24,831 nt of DNA from Candidatus Eiseniibacteriota bacterium (GTDB lineage: Bacteria; Eisenbacteria; RBG-16-71-46), in NCBI GenBank assembly GCA_044222065.1, contig JBGAOA010000063.1, forward strand, positions 1-24,831. The letters run 5' to 3'. The notes below the pieces were generated by a model. It did not search any database and was not told the origin of the DNA. It saw only the letters and a program-made list of their open reading frames with translations. Position 1 is the stretch's first letter. Each line of letters opens with the position of its first letter. A program made the position numbers and the translations under genes. Shown piece by piece: positions 17,203 to 24,382 of the stretch.

Positions 17203-18228
17203 TCAGTGCTTCGAGATCCGGAACTCCGCGTCCGCCGCCGCGCGCTCGGCCGCGCGCTCGTTGCCCGGGCGGAACGCCACGCCGCGCTGCTGCGCAACGG
17301 CGAGCAGCTCGCCCGGCAGCGGGAACATGATGCGCTCCTCGACGAGCGTGAACTCATCGACGCGGTAGTCGCCGAGCGCCTGCACGCGGTGCACGCACGC
17401 CTGCACGACGTGCTCGGGCGTGGACGCCCCGGCCGTCAGCCCGATGTCGCCGCGCACCCACTCCGGGTGGATGTCCTCGGCGGATTCGATCAGGTGCGAT
17501 TCGATCCCGAGCGAACGCGCGACCTCGACGAGCCGGTTCGCGTTGCTGCTCGTCGGAGCGCCCACGACGAGCACGGTCGAGCAGCGGCGCGCCAGCTCCT
17601 TCACCGCGTCCTGGCGGTTCTGCGTCGCGTAGCAGATGTCGGCCTTCGCGGGCTCGTGCATCTGCGGGAAGCGGCGCTTCAGCACCTCGACGATCGCACG
17701 CACGTCGTCCACCGAGAGCGTCGTCTGCGACAGGTACGCGACGCGCGCGGGGTCGGGCACGCGGACGTGTTCGGCATCGTCCACGGTCTCGATCAGGATC
17801 GTCGCCTCGGGCGCCTCGCCCATCGTGCCTTCGACCTCGACGTGGTTGCGGTGCCCGATGAGCAGGATCGTGTACCCCGACTTCGCGTACTTGAGCGCTT
17901 CGAGGTGCACCTTCGTCACGAGCGGACAGGTCGCATCGAGCGCCTTCAAGCCGCGCTCCTTCGCCTGCGCGCGCACCGCGGGCGAGATGCCGTGCGCCGA
18001 GAAGATCACGACCGCGCCGTGCGGCACGTCTTCCAAGTCGTCGGTGAACACGGCGCCCTTCTCGCGCAGCGCGTCCACGACGTGACGGTTGTGCACGATC
18101 TCGTGCCGCACCCAGATCGGCGCGCCGTAGACCTGCAGCGCCATCTCGACGATGTCGATCGCGCGGTCCACGCCCGCGCAGAATCCGCGCGGCGCGGCGA
18201 GGTACAGCGTGTTCGGCGTGACGGTCAT
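17203..18228 (-). CDS. ispH: 4-hydroxy-3-methylbut-2-enyl diphosphate reductase
   Basis: ATG at 18228. Motifs PRGFCAGVDRAI, IVHN, FSAHG, DATCPLVTKVH, SQTT, DICYATQNRQ, SSN and TAGASTP. Confidence 0.97.
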   Translation of the reverse strand: MTVTPNTLYLAAPRGFCAGVDRAIDIVEMALQVYGAPIWVRHEIVHNRHVVDALREKGAVFTDDLEDVPHGAVVIFSAHGISPAVRAQAKERGLKALDATCPLVTKVHLEALKYAKSGYTILLIGHRNHVEVEGTMGEAPEATILIETVDDAEHVRVPDPARVAYLSQTTLSVDDVRAIVEVLKRRFPQMHEPAKADICYATQNRQDAVKELARRCSTVLVVGAPTSSNANRLVEVARSLGIESHLIESAEDIHPEWVRGDIGLTAGASTPEHVVQACVHRVQALGDYRVDEFTLVEERIMFPLPGELLAVAQQRGVAFRPGNERAAERAAADAEFRISKH

Positions 18229-18307
18229 CGGGGCTCGGACTCCGAGGAGGGAACGTGGGCGGGGACAGTAGCGAACGCGCGGGCACGCGGCAACGGCGCC
18301 GCCCGCG

Positions 18308-19600
18308 TCAGCGCCGCCCGCCGCGCGGCTCCGGCGCCGCGCGCTTCTCGCGCGCCGCGGCCTCGCGCTGCGCCTCGTCGCGCACCGCCCGCACGCTGTC
18401 CTCGGCGAACAGCGCACGCAGCGAGTCGGGCGCCGAGGCGCGCAGCGAGGCGACGAGCGACTCGATGCGGCCGCGCTTCCCGGCGTCGGGCTCCACGGAT
18501 TGCGCGGAGCGCATCTCGGTGAGCGCCCCGCGGCGATCGCCGGTCGCGGCGAGCGCGAGCCCGTACATGAGCCGCACGTCGGGCGAGCGGTCGTCCGTGC
18601 GCACGGCGTCGCGCGCGATCTCGAGCGCCGCGTCCGCGCGGCCCTCGGCGATGAAGTGCTCGAACACCTCGAGGCGTCCGGCGAGGTCCGCGGGATCGCG
18701 CTCGAGCCAGCGGCGGTAGGCGGCGCCAGCCTCGCGCGTGCGGCCGAGGTCCACGAGCGCCTGCGCCTGCGCGCGCCGCGCGAGCGCGAGCGACGAGTCG
18801 CACGCCTCGGCCTTGCGGTACGCGGCGAGCGCCGCGTCGAGCTTGCCCGCGCGGCGTTCGAGATTTCCCAGGTTGAGCCAGTTGCCCGCGTCCTTCGGCG
18901 CGAGCTGGATCGCGCGGTTCATCTGCGTGCGCGCCTCCGCGTGGCGCCCGAGCGACGACAGCAGCGCGCCGAGGTCGCGGCGCTCGCTCGCGCGCTCGCG
19001 GCCGAGCGCGAGCGCGCGCCGGAACGCGTGCTCGGCCTTCGCCAGGCTGTCGGCGCCGACGCAGGCGAAGCCGAGCGCGCGCCACAGGTCTTCCTCGGCC
19101 GGAGCGCGCCTCGTGAGCAGCTCGAGTTCCTGGATCGCCGCCGCGCTCTGCCCCGAGCGCGCGAGCGCGAGGCCGAGGTTACGGCCGGCGTCGAGGTTGC
19201 CCGGGTCGCGCGAGACTTCGATCGCGTACGCGCGCGACGCCGCGTCGTGATCTCCGAGCTTCGTGTAGATGTCGCCGAGCCGAATCGCGATGCCCTTGAG
19301 CTCGTGATCGGCCGCGATCGCGTTGCGGTACGCCGCCGCCGCAGGAAGCAGCGCGCCGGACGCCTCCATCGCGGCGCCGCGCGCGGCCCAGTCGGCGGCG
19401 CGCTGTTGCGGCGTCGCGGGCGCCTCGGGACCGGGCGAGCGGCCGGGGATGATCAGCGGCGCGGGCTCGGACTCCGGCGCGCCCGACGAGTCCGCGCGCG
19501 GCGGCACGAACAGCACGGGGCGCGGCGGCGGATCGGCCGCGGGCGGCGGCGCGGGCTCGGCGAGCGACAGCAGCGAAACCAGCAGGACGAATCGGATCAA
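18308..19600 (-). CDS. Exported tetratricopeptide repeat protein
   Basis: TTG start with a GGAG SD, hydrophobic signal-like N-terminus, Pro-rich linker and multiple TPR units (e.g. NLGLALARSG, WLNLGNLERRAGK..AA..AY.KA). Confidence 0.82.
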   Translation of the reverse strand: MIRFVLLVSLLSLAEPAPPPAADPPPRPVLFVPPRADSSGAPESEPAPLIIPGRSPGPEAPATPQQRAADWAARGAAMEASGALLPAAAAYRNAIAADHELKGIAIRLGDIYTKLGDHDAASRAYAIEVSRDPGNLDAGRNLGLALARSGQSAAAIQELELLTRRAPAEEDLWRALGFACVGADSLAKAEHAFRRALALGRERASERRDLGALLSSLGRHAEARTQMNRAIQLAPKDAGNWLNLGNLERRAGKLDAALAAYRKAEACDSSLALARRAQAQALVDLGRTREAGAAYRRWLERDPADLAGRLEVFEHFIAEGRADAALEIARDAVRTDDRSPDVRLMYGLALAATGDRRGALTEMRSAQSVEPDAGKRGRIESLVASLRASAPDSLRALFAEDSVRAVRDEAQREAAAREKRAAPEPRGGRR

Positions 19601-19657
19601 TCGGGCTCCGGGCGGCGCGAGCCGCGGGTGTCGGGGAGGTGCGCCGCGGCCGCGCGA

Positions 19658-19685
19658 AGTATAGGTTCGCCCCCCGCGCGGTCAA
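19658..19685 (-). promoter_or_regulatory. Putative sigma70 promoter of the TPR gene
   Basis: TTGACC-N16-TATACT on the minus strand. Confidence 0.65.
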
Positions 19686-19715
19686 CCGTGGATCGCGCCT
19701 TCCCAGGGAGGCCTC

Positions 19716-20537
19716 GTGGAGCGTGACGCCGTGGTCGAACTCGAGCGGATCGAGATCGAAGCGCGCATCGAGATGTTCTCCACCGCGCCCGCCGACGTGC
19801 GCGAGTCGCTCGGCCTCGTCATGGAGCGCTTCCCGACCGCCATCGCGTTCGGCCGCGCGCGCGACACGAACCTGATGTTCCAGCGCGTGCTCGGCCTCGG
19901 TCTCGAGGCGCCGGCGACGCGCGACGAAGTCCGCGCGATCAAGTCCTGCTACGCGTCGCGAGGCATCGCGGAGTTCGGCATCGGGATCGCTCCGGACGCG
20001 GAGCCGGACGCCCTCGAAAGCTGGCTGCGCGACGAGGGCTTCGGCTGCTACTTCCACACGGTGAAGTGGACGCGCGACGTGTCGCCCGCGAGGCGGGCCG
20101 ACTGCGGGCTCGCGATCGAGACCGCGGGCGCCGCGGACGCCGACGCGTTCGGCCGCGTGCTCGTCGAGTCGTTCCACGACCGGCCCGAGAACGCACGCGG
20201 ACTCCACGGCGTGATCGGTCGCGGGGGGTGGACGCACTACGTCGCGCGCGACGGCGGCGACGTGGTCGGGATCGCGGCGCTCTTCCGCCGCGGCGCGACG
20301 GCGTGGTTCGGCCTCGGCGCGACGCTCGCCTCGCACCGCGGGCGCGGTGCGCAGAGCGCGCTCATCGCGCGGCGCATCGAGGACGCGCGCGCCGCCGGCT
20401 GCACGACGCTCGTCGTCGAGACGGGCCCGAGCCCGCCCGAGAAACCGAATCCGTCGTACCACAACGTCGAGCGCGCGGGCTTCCGCGTCGCGTACCTGCG
20501 CCGGAGCTGGGTGTTCCCCGATCCGGGGGCGAAGTGA
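19716..20537 (+). CDS. GNAT family N-acetyltransferase (two-domain type)
   Basis: GTG with a GGGAGG SD. Motifs ATL.SHRGRGAQSALI.RRI and NPSYHNVERAGF. Confidence 0.88.
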   Translation: MERDAVVELERIEIEARIEMFSTAPADVRESLGLVMERFPTAIAFGRARDTNLMFQRVLGLGLEAPATRDEVRAIKSCYASRGIAEFGIGIAPDAEPDALESWLRDEGFGCYFHTVKWTRDVSPARRADCGLAIETAGAADADAFGRVLVESFHDRPENARGLHGVIGRGGWTHYVARDGGDVVGIAALFRRGATAWFGLGATLASHRGRGAQSALIARRIEDARAAGCTTLVVETGPSPPEKPNPSYHNVERAGFRVAYLRRSWVFPDPGAK

Positions 20538-21375
20538 TCGGCGAGCTCGCGCACGAGGACGCGCTCGCGATCGAGCGCATCGAGGCGCTCGCGAAGTGCG
20601 ACCAGCGCGACGGCGCACCGGCGCGCGTCCGCGAGGCGCTCGGACTCGCTCGCGAGTGGATCGGCGGCGCGCTCGCCGTCCGCGCGCCGCGCGGCAACCG
20701 CGCGCGCTGGAACCGCGTGATCGGCCTCGGCGTCTCGCGTCGCCCGCCGACGACGAGGCGCTCGACCGCTACGCCGCGTTCTTCGCGAGGAACGGCGGAC
20801 GCTACGAGACGGACCTCGCGCCGTTCGCGACGCCCGCGGACGTGCGCGCGCGTCTCGCCGCGCGCGGGCTGCGCCACGTCGCGGACGAACTCAAGTGGTG
20901 GCGCGACGCCTCACCCGCGGACGCGGCGCGCACGTCGCTGCGCATCGTCCCGGCGGAGACCGCGCACACCGCGGCCATCGACCGCGTGATGCGCGAGGGG
21001 TTCGGTTCGAATCCGGCCGCCGAAGGCTGGCTGCCCGGGCTGATCGGCCGCGCCGGCTGGCACGTGCACGTCGCGCTCGACGGCGCCGACGTCGTCGCCG
21101 CGGCGGCGTGCCACGTGCGCGACGGGCTCGCGTGGCTCGGCATCATGACGACGCGGCCCGACCGGCGGCGGCTCGGGGCGCAGGCGGCGCTGCTCGCCTC
21201 GCGCATCGAGGCGGCGCGCACGGTGGGCGCGAAGCTCCTCACGCTCGAGACGCTCGACGACACCGCCGAGCATCCGAACCCGTCGCCGCGCAACGTCGCG
21301 CGGGCGGGATTCCGGCTCGCCTACCGCCGCGAGATCTGGTCGTCGCAGCCGGACGACGGCGACTCGAACGCCTGA
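20534..21375 (+). pseudogene. Paralogous GNAT acetyltransferase frameshifted by an extra TC at ~20735-20736
   Basis: GTG overlaps the previous stop. The N-half (NRVIGLGV) and C-half (ASPADD...RRLGAQAALLASRI...NPSPRNVARAGF) are in different frames. Removing 2 nt gives 279 aa collinear with the upstream paralog. Confidence 0.85.
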
Positions 21376-21412
21376 AACGCCGCGGCCCCCCGGCGTGCGC
21401 CGGAGGGCCGCG
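21375..21412 (-). terminator. Hairpin terminator after the crotonase gene (possibly bidirectional)
   Basis: Stem 21381-21412 whose single + strand mismatch (C21389/A21404) is a U-G pair on the minus strand, followed by GCGTTT. Confidence 0.6.
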
Positions 21413-21433
21413 TCTCGTCGCGTGGGAACGCGA

Positions 21434-22240
21434 CTACTTGCCGCTGAAGTTCGGCTTGCGCTTCTCGACGTAGGCGGCGAGTCCTTCCTTCGCGTCGTCG
21501 CTCTGGAACAGCTGCTGCTGCAGTTCGCGCTCCACGGCGAGCGAGACCTCGAACGGGATCTCGGCGCCGGTCTGCACCGAGCGCTTGATGCGGCCGACGG
21601 CCTTCGCGGCCTTGTTCGGCGGGCAGAACTGCTCGGCGTACTTCTGCACCTTCTCGATGAACTCGTCGTTCGTCGCCGTCTCCCAGATCTGGTTGACGAT
21701 CCCGAGCGACTGCGCGCGCTCGAAGTCGAACGTCTCGCCCGTCACCATCAGCTCGATCGCGGTGCTCTTGTTGATGAGCCGCGCGAGGCGCTGCGTGCCG
21801 CCCGTGCCGGGGAGCACGCCGAGCGCGACCTCGGGCAGGCCGATCTTGCCCGCGCCCTTGCGCGCGATGCGCAGGTCGGCCGCCATCGCGATCTCGAGGC
21901 CGCCGCCCACCGTGTGCCCGTTCATCGCGGAGATCACGAGCTTCGGCGTCTGCTCGAGGCGGTTCAGCGTCTCGTTCGCGTGCAGGCAGAAGTAGTACTT
22001 GAACGTCGGATTGACGGTCTTGAGCATGTTGATGTTCGCGCCCGCGCAGAAGAACTTTTCCCCGGCGCCGCGCAGCACGATCACGTGCACGTTCTCGTCG
22101 AAGCGCGCCTGCAGGATGGCCTCGTCGAGGTCGCGCATCATCTCGTAGGTGTAGGTGTTGGCCGGCGGATCGGTCAGTTCGATCCACGCCACGCCGTTCT
22201 TGACCGTGTAGTTCACGAGCTTGGTCTTGGTGGCTTCCAT
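21434..22240 (-). CDS. Enoyl-CoA hydratase/isomerase (crotonase) family protein
   Basis: ATG at 22240 with a GGAGA SD. Motifs FFCAGANI, NGH.VGGGLEIAMAADLR, GLPEVALGVLPGTGGTQRL and EKRKPNF. Confidence 0.93.
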   Translation of the reverse strand: MEATKTKLVNYTVKNGVAWIELTDPPANTYTYEMMRDLDEAILQARFDENVHVIVLRGAGEKFFCAGANINMLKTVNPTFKYYFCLHANETLNRLEQTPKLVISAMNGHTVGGGLEIAMAADLRIARKGAGKIGLPEVALGVLPGTGGTQRLARLINKSTAIELMVTGETFDFERAQSLGIVNQIWETATNDEFIEKVQKYAEQFCPPNKAAKAVGRIKRSVQTGAEIPFEVSLAVERELQQQLFQSDDAKEGLAAYVEKRKPNFSGK

Positions 22241-22331
22241 CGCGGTTCTCCGAGTCGGGGTGAGCGTTGCGGCCCCAGGCCGGAGTGCGTCCGGCGAGCC
22301 GTGAGCATGCGGGTGGGTTGGAGCGCCGGGC

Positions 22332-22360
22332 AGTATAGGAAGGCGGCGCGACGGGTTCAA
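22332..22360 (-). promoter_or_regulatory. Putative sigma70 promoter of the crotonase gene
   Basis: TTGAAC-N17-TATACT on the minus strand. Confidence 0.72.
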
Positions 22361-22409
22361 CGGCCGTCCCCCGCGGTTGCGGCGCACGCTCGATGGCGGC
22401 GCGGGGGCC

Positions 22410-22449
22410 AAAAAGCATCGCGGCGCCGGTCCTCACACGGCGCCGCGAT
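22410..22449 (-). terminator. Intrinsic terminator closing the sigma54 unit
   Basis: 12-bp perfect stem (22417-22428/22438-22449) with a 9-nt loop, followed on the minus strand by GCTTTTT. Confidence 0.8.
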
Positions 22450-22507
22450 CTCTACTGGAGACCCGGGATCGAAGTACGGCCTCCGCGCGAGTTGCGCGGG
22501 GCCCCGG

Positions 22508-22666
22508 CTAGGCCGGGGGACCTCTCTCCCTGATGCCTCGGAAGCGCGGACCCTGACCGCTTCCGTCCGAATCGTGACGTCCACTTCCCTCTCGAAGGCC
22601 GGGAGCCGTCGCACGAGGGACCCGCACGCGCGTGCGGGGTGAGTGGAACATCCGATCAGGTTTCAT
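22508..22666 (-). CDS. Possible 52-aa small protein ending RGPPA
   Basis: Strong SD (AAGGAGAGG) before the ATG at 22666. However, 20 of 52 codons end in A/T, which is atypical for this window. Confidence 0.35.
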   Translation of the reverse strand: MKPDRMFHSPRTRVRVPRATAPGLREGSGRHDSDGSGQGPRFRGIRERGPPA

Positions 22667-22751
22667 GAGGACCTCTCCTTCGAGCGCGACGAGCGCTCTC
22701 CGCACCTCGGTGTGTCGGACCGCGAGCGGTGAGATGTGAGAGTCCTGAGCG

Positions 22752-22852
22752 GGGTCGAGCCACGGGCCGGCGCTTCCGCCGCGCGGGCAGCCTTCCCAGC
22801 TTCGTCGGGTCGAGCCACGGGCCGGCGCTTCCGCCGCGCAGGCAGCCTTCCC
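22752..22852. repeat. Direct repeat, 2 x 46 bp (period 55)
   Basis: 22752-22797 and 22807-22852 differ at one base (G22785/A22840). Confidence 0.95.
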
Positions 22853-22893
22853 GACCTTCTCGGCGGTGCGTCCACCGCCACGCCCTCAGCGAC

Positions 22894-22909
22894 TGCAAGA
22901 GCGGTGCCC
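22894..22909 (-). promoter_or_regulatory. Sigma54 (RpoN) -24/-12 promoter
   Basis: Minus strand reads GGGCAC-CGCTC-TTGCA versus consensus TGGCAC-N5-TTGCW, with exact GG-N10-GC spacing. Predicted +1 near 22883. Confidence 0.72.
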
Positions 22910-23079
22910 TGCGAGGGTTCGACGCGCCGGAGGCACGGGACCCGCGAAATCCGCGGTTCCGGCGCGCGCGTGCGAAACGCAGTCCGCCGGGTCCGCTGGC
23001 AGATTGCGCGTCCTGCGACACGCAGATCGCGACAACGCGAGCCGTGGGAGAAAGACCTTGAAACCCGGGGCGTGATCAT

Positions 23080-23101
23080 TTAATCGTATTTCTACGATCA
23101 A
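23080..23101. promoter_or_regulatory. Putative ArsR operator
   Basis: AT-rich palindrome TT-A-ATCGTA-N4-TACGAT-C-AA just upstream of arsR, downstream of a TTGAAA (23058-23063). Confidence 0.65.
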
Positions 23102-23147
23102 CGATCAAAGCCGCCGTGTGCGGCCTCGAACCACCCGGGGAGCACCG

Positions 23148-23456
23148 ATGCCTCCAGCCACGACGAAGCGCGCCGCGTTCCACCCGGGCGCGACCGACCG
23201 CGAGACCGCGACGATGGCTCGCGCTCTCGGCCACCCCGTGCGCGTCGCGATCCTCCGCATGCTCATCGCCCGTGGCGAGTGCGTGTGCGGAACGATCGTC
23301 GAGGCGATGCCGCTCGCCCAGTCCACGATTTCGCAGCACCTGAAGGTGCTGAAGGCGGCCGGCCTCGTGCAGGGCGACATCGACGGGCCCCGCGTCTGCT
23401 ACTGCGTTCAACCGAAGGCCGTGCAACGACTGAAGGAACTGATCGGCGCGCTCTAG
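23148..23456 (+). CDS. arsR: ArsR/SmtB family transcriptional repressor
   Basis: ATG at 23148 after GGGGAG. Motifs ALGHPVR..IL, ECVCG and LAQSTISQHLKVLK.AGLV; adjacent to arsM. Confidence 0.9.
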   Translation: MPPATTKRAAFHPGATDRETATMARALGHPVRVAILRMLIARGECVCGTIVEAMPLAQSTISQHLKVLKAAGLVQGDIDGPRVCYCVQPKAVQRLKELIGAL

Positions 23457-23474
23457 CGCCGGGAGGAAGGTGCG

Positions 23475-24344
23475 ATGGAATCGAAGACGATCGTGGTGAC
23501 CGAGACGAGCGGCTGTTGCGGCTCCACTCCCGAGAACCCGTGCTGCGGACCCGCGGCCCAGACGATCGCGCCCGGCGAGGACGCGCGCGTCGTGGTGCGC
23601 GAGAAGTACGGCGCGATCGCCGCGGGACGGCACTCGAGCGTGGGCTGCTGCGGCGCGCCCGATGATGCGAACGCGGTGCTCGAGCAGCTCGGCTACACGG
23701 CCGAGCAGGCGGCCGCGCTGCCCGAGGGCGCGAACCTCGGCCTCGGCTGCGGCAATCCGATCGCGCACGCGGCGCTCCGCCCCGGCGAGGTCGTGCTCGA
23801 CCTCGGCTCGGGCGCGGGCATCGACTGCTTCCTCGCCGCGCGCGAAGTCGGCCCCACCGGCCGCGCGATCGGCGTGGACATGACGCCCTCGATGATCGAG
23901 AAGGCGCGCGCGAACGCGAAGAAGTCGAACGTCGCGAACGTCGAATTCCGGCTCGGCGAAATCGAGCACCTGCCGGTCGCCGACGCCACCGTTGACGTCG
24001 TGATCTCGAACTGCGTCGTGAACCTGTCACCCGAAAAGCCGCAGGTGTTCCGCGAGACGCTGCGCGCGCTCAAGCCCGGCGGCCGGCTCGTCGTGAGCGA
24101 CCTCGTGCTGAAGCGCGAAATCGGCCCCGACGCGCGGGCCGACGCCGAGCTGTACTGCGGCTGCGTCGCCGGCGCTTCGATCCGCGAGGAGTACCTGCAG
24201 CTGATGCGCGACGCCGGCTTCCGCGACGTGCAGGTGCTGGAGGAGCGCGCCTACACCGTCGGCACCGAAGGCCTCGCCGAAGGCAGCCTCCAGCGCAACG
24301 CCTTCGACGCCGTCGTCTCGATCAAGGTGAGAGCCGTGAAGTAG
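23475..24344 (+). CDS. arsM: Arsenite S-adenosylmethionine methyltransferase
   Basis: Motifs VREKYG.IA, LGLGCGNP, VLDLGSGAGIDCF, GVDMT, GEIEHLP, ISNCVVNL and GCVAGA. GGAGG SD; downstream of arsR. Confidence 0.93.
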   Translation: MESKTIVVTETSGCCGSTPENPCCGPAAQTIAPGEDARVVVREKYGAIAAGRHSSVGCCGAPDDANAVLEQLGYTAEQAAALPEGANLGLGCGNPIAHAALRPGEVVLDLGSGAGIDCFLAAREVGPTGRAIGVDMTPSMIEKARANAKKSNVANVEFRLGEIEHLPVADATVDVVISNCVVNLSPEKPQVFRETLRALKPGGRLVVSDLVLKREIGPDARADAELYCGCVAGASIREEYLQLMRDAGFRDVQVLEERAYTVGTEGLAEGSLQRNAFDAVVSIKVRAVK

Positions 24345-24382
24345 GGCTCCACGCGACGAACTCCGACCACCGACGGAGCCCA

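Larger units (their letters stand above)
22410..22883 (-). ncRNA. Candidate ~475-nt sigma54-dependent structured RNA, possibly dual-function with a small ORF
   Basis: Bounded by a -24/-12 promoter and an intrinsic terminator. Contains no ORF with typical codon usage. Has a 5' hairpin GGCGGUG-GACG-CACCGCC, a tandem 46-nt motif and further hairpins. Confidence 0.55.

Noticed and set aside
21434..22240. Assigning the crotonase to a specific pathway (e.g. benzoyl-CoA box or paa)
   Set aside because: No pathway partner genes are in the window; specificity cannot be supported without a phylogenetic search.
22255..22372. SAH riboswitch-like words (GAGCGUUGC...CAGGC...AACGG) on the + strand
   Set aside because: The pseudoknot partner (AACGGCGCUC) is missing, and it is antisense to the adjacent crotonase gene.
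151..22642. Many long Arg/Ala/Pro-rich alternative-frame and antisense ORFs (e.g. 151-1806, 5079-6998, 5335-6957, 7646-9253, 17206-18522, 21395-22642)
   Set aside because: These are shadow ORFs expected at very high GC. They overlap well-supported genes and carry no family motifs, except the 952-1152 part of 151-1806, which is the GH53 N-terminus.
22650..22705. Glycine riboswitch (minus-strand GGAGAG...CGAAGGAG)
   Set aside because: Lacks the downstream CUCUCAGG element, and no glycine-related gene follows.
22656..23101. ORF-track proteins across the crotonase-arsR intergenic region (e.g. 22656-23021, 22663-23079, 22729-23061)
   Set aside because: No recognisable motifs or convincing SD. 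Their internal repeats only mirror the 55-nt-period DNA repeat, which is not a multiple of 3.
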